Shown here piece by piece: positions 59,847 to 64,000 of a DNA stretch of 64,000 nt (its first letter is position 1; each line of letters starts with the position of its first letter). The notes under the pieces are model-generated. The model ran no database searches, was not told the DNA's origin, and was given only the letters and a program-made list of their open reading frames with translations. Made by a program: the position numbers and the translations under genes. The stretch comes from Syncephalis fuscata S228 (Eukaryota > Fungi > Zoopagomycota): assembly GCA_025786725.1 (NCBI GenBank), contig JAHLTZ010000021.1:124001-188000 (forward strand), read 5' to 3'.

Positions 59847-62800
59847 GCTGATATCTCAAATTGGCAATAAGCAAGACAGTATTTGTTGAATAGTAATAAG
59901 CAGTCAATAAAACTGCCAAGTTGAAGTAGGTATAGTATTTAATTAAGTCGGTTGATATAACTACAAGTGCAAATATTGATGCGACTACTGTTTGATTACA
60001 CTAATATCAAATAATCTTTCTGTTTGTGTACTTTAATTTTGAGTCAAATAGATATATAAATAAATTATTAGTGTGTTAAATAGCAGAGCTAACAAATACT
60101 GCTGTTTACCACGGATAATAGCACACTGCTATTGCTACTACGAAAGCGATCACGAATTCAGAATAACAATTTGTAAATGAAGAAGATAAGAAGAACAGGC
60201 ACGGCAGCAACTGTCTCTCAAGGAAAAAACGGGTTTGTATACCTTTGGTGGCATGCATAAAAACGCTGTTATTTAGTGGCATGTGTTCGGCAAGTATGCA
60301 GATGCTCCACTGTGATGCTCCATAACCAAAGACGGCAATTATTCGCTATGCGGCTACCTTTGTCGTTTGTAATGATAGCACTGTGTTGCGGTCATTAAAC
60401 AGGAGTACATAAACGTACAGACCGTTTTTAAGAACAGTAAAGCAGCGAATGTTTCCATAAGAGGTGTAATATTAGTTAGAAATAAATCAAGACATTAAAC
60501 ATAGTATAGTTTGCGGATAATTATAATTGTATTAATGATATGCTCAATGCTTATATCTATATTTATTGCATTTGTTACATTTATTGTTTTACTTTTAATA
60601 TACTCTATGATATACCAATATATTCAACATATTGGCTTTAATTAATAAATAAATACAGCGTGAAATAATTAAACTCGGCTGTTTATAAATATTGACTGAC
60701 AGGCTCCACATCTCACAATCTATGTCATCACATTTCCCTTTCTCTTTCTTTACACTTGACAGCATATATCTATTGCATATACTTGTACACTCTATATATA
60801 CGATTAGATAGTGTCAGTAGTTGACTGGCTACTAGTCAAGTACAAACACATTTACACTATGTATTTGCATTGCTCTTTTGTAATCTGACCTTTTTTGCAA
60901 AATCACTTCCTCTACTCCAATCATTGGTATTGGCAGCTTCTTTGACATGGTAAGTGTATTGCTAGTTTATTATATGCTATTTAAGTATGTGCTGTGGAAA
61001 TCCTGTTTTATGTTTTGCTTTTGCTATGGATTGTCCTCGCAAGTTATTGGCAACAGCTTTGCAATCTCAACAATGGCAGCACGACCTGCTACTATCGAGA
61101 CTGTACAAGCTATTGTTCGTACAATATGCAGTGGCGATTATAGCAAAGCAAAGCATACAGTAACTTTGGCAACATATAACCATATCAGTGTGTATCGCCG
61201 CTGTATACATACGCAGTAACAGCATAGAAAGTACCACTGGTATAGTCACTAAGCAAGTCTTTAGTGCCAATACAGCAGTACAATCTATCACTATTGCTAT
61301 TGCTATATGTGTACGATTATGATGGATTTTACAGTGTATTCTTTTGTAATATAGCCTTTTAATGTATACTTGAGACGTGTTATTTTTGATTCATTAAGCA
61401 AGTATTGCTATATTTTATTCAATAAAGTATGTTCAACAAATAAAGACGCGGTTCTACAAATTATTGCATGTTTCTAATGTATACTCTGAAAGCTTTTTAT
61501 ACACTCATTGTTGAGCAGACTATCATTTCATTTAATTGTTTAATAATATTACTGACAGCTAGCACCAAAGCTATTGTTTCGCGTGATTATAATAGCTGGA
61601 TAATAAGCTTTTGCTTTTTACCTCAAACTAACTGCTTTTCGCCAAACCGCCTTTCTTGTGGCTATTATGTCGTATAGATCAGAGGTATGGTATTAGTGTT
61701 ACTGCTCGTATTCATGTTACTATACTTTAATTCAAATAATAAAGCTTTAAAACATTTTGGCTTAACACATTAGCAAGGAATTGATAAACAATATCACATA
61801 ATTGTCATGCTCATACACTGCATTCTATTACCACGATAATGCAATTTTATCATATATGTTACTGCTTTAATTGCAATTTATCCATTTGTTATACTGCATA
61901 TCCGTATACCATCTACTGGTTACATGGCATTAATAAAAGCTGTTTGTTTATTGCCTATTGTATCTATTGTATCTACCGACCATTTCGCTTTTATATATAT
62001 TGCAGCTTCATTGTTGATATCCACATATTTCCATTTGATCATTTATAACGTTTTATGTTTCATTATCGTCTGCTCATTGTCAAGTAGCTTACTTGTATAT
62101 TAAGACTGCTACTGGCTTACATGTCGTCTATTATTGATGTAAACTCAGAGTTGATTACATCTGACTGAGATGGCCTGATAGTACAGTTTAGCATTTTTGC
62201 ATTGCTTTATAATCAGACAATTGCTAATTTCATGCTCAAGTTTAATACTTTATTATCAAAACATTGTTATTCGCCATTTAATAGTTAGTACTGGCAGTTG
62301 GCCGTTAAAAATAGATTTTGTATTGCTAGTTGATAGCACAGTACTAAAATGTGCTGTCCATTCCAATACTGATAGACATGACGTCAAACTAAGTATTTGT
62401 ATGAACCAATCAGTATATCCTCATAGTTCTAGACAGTACGACTAGTCTATGCATAATGATAGATCCGCAATAAGCAATATTGCAGTGTATCAATGTTACT
62501 GTTGCATTGATGTTATGGACTGTTTGGAATGCATGTAGATATGGAAATTGATTTTGCCGGTAAAAGTGACAATAGAAGCATAATGACGCATTGTCACTGT
62601 TTTTTAAAGCCAATAGATCTAGTTTGCGACGTGTAGTTGAGCTGTGTAACGGTGCTGTACAGATTTGTATGTAAATTTCTACCACATATGTATCGGATCA
62701 TTAGTACTGCCACGTCATCTGTGCAAATGCCGAGCTAACTGAAGCAAAGTCTAGGCTTTGTAGCATCAAACCATCACTAATTGGTGCAAACATCCTAAAC

Positions 62801-63054
62801 CATCGTGTGGATGTGCTTTATGAATGTGCTTTATTGATTCCTATTGCCCATCAATGATACAGTTTCATACAATGTAGTATGTCAATGTCTCAGCACAACT
62901 ATAGACTTAAATAGTCTACAAACTACACACAACTGACTAGTACCATCATCATCACCATACTCTACTTTTTGCCAAATACTCACTACTACCTACTTTATAC
63001 TAAACACATACCATCTTCCATTCTACTTGTTTCTTTTAACAATCTAGTATTACC

Positions 63055-63699
63055 ATGAAGCTTTCTATTGTCGTCGTCGGTACTATTGTCGTGGCTCTTG
63101 TGGCTACTATGACCGTGTGGACGCTAAGCCAGTTCTAGCTCGTCGTGGTATGTTGCAATTACAATAAATATGTAAATTAGTATACTTATTAACATTATGT
63201 TTACCTAATGCATCATTAGAACGTAAGTCATGATTATGGATCATTATTCCAACACTTATTGACACTATTATACACATGATGGCCATTGTAACACATAACA
63301 GCTGCCAGTAAGTGGAATTGTATATTATTTGATTACATACCAATTATATTTTATGTATTATGCATGTTTGATGACTTGTATTTAAGCAGGTAAATAACAA
63401 TATGTATTGATCAAATATATGCTAATTATGCACTATGCGTATCCAATAATGATACTAATAGTCGGTAAGTGATGTTTTGTATCAAGTAAATATAAACTAA
63501 TTACATGCTATGCGCTGTGTGTGTTTAACAATCTAATATCAATAGTTGGCAAGTGACATTTTATATTAAATAGCTATACATTAATTAAACAATATGCGTT
63601 GTACGTGTTTGATTATTTCTATCGATAGTTTGTAAGTGACATTGCATATTATTAATTTCTAAGCTAATTATACGACATATATATTTATCAATAGTTTAA
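63055..63699 (+). CDS. Micro-exon secreted prepropeptide gene B; predicted MKLSIVVVGTIVVALVATMTVVDAKPVLARR-EPATVVVF*
   Basis: Exon 1 is 63055-63147 (one base short near 63117). Micro-exons: AAC 63220-2, CTGCCA 63302-7, CAG 63387-9, TCG 63462-4, TTG 63546-8 (GC donor), TTT 63629-31. Last exon starts at 63695 (TT TAA). Exon 1, intron 1 and both UTRs are homologous to gene A. Confidence 0.75.
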
Positions 63700-64000
63700 C
63701 TGGCGCATCCAAGGCATTAGTGTTGATGATGTAGTTGGAGCTGCTTGATCAATGCATTCTAGGTATATCTTTGGCAAAAATCAAGACCATTTGACAATTG
63801 CTGTTTATTCCACTCACGTATCAAGTTCCAAACAATGCTTTTGGTTTATTCAATTATTAATCAACAATGCCATCACATTAACAGCAAGTTTTTATTTAGT
63901 TGTGCTTATCCAACTATGCAAAATTATGCTAATAAACATATTGTTTTATTTTAATTGTATGTAATCAAGCTATTGCAGATATTGTTGTTTGACTTAAATT

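Overview
AT-rich, intron-rich eukaryotic (fungal) genomic DNA. The short GT-AG introns and the expanded secreted kinase-like and F-box-like relics suggest an early-diverging fungus, possibly a Zoopagomycota/Syncephalis-like parasite; this is inference and was not verified. Housekeeping genes: FAM50/XAP5, mitochondrial TyrRS, nitronate monooxygenase, PAQR/IZH, NOP1, PRP8 (no intein), a UPF0390 protein, STE14, SER1, EMP24, a GH47 mannosidase, RBX1, FAP7, ARB1, a MINPP1-like phosphatase, cystinosin and a LIM protein. Accessory secreted genes lie between them. The main discovery is invisible in the ORF track: two paralogous micro-exon peptide genes at 33270-34253 and 63055-63699. Each has a signal peptide and a propeptide ending in a Kex2-type RR site, followed by a mature 8-10 aa peptide encoded almost entirely by 3-nt, phase-1 exons spaced about 80 bp apart (pattern tag|NNN|gtaag). 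Full inclusion gives SGRQGFVSSL* and EPATVVVF*, and exon skipping could generate an in-frame combinatorial peptide library. Also notable is a six-member family of secreted/GPI-type, four-cysteine, GOLD-like proteins, five of them in tandem next to EMP24. Many genes, including essential PRP8, carry single-base deletions in short homopolymers, most likely assembly errors.
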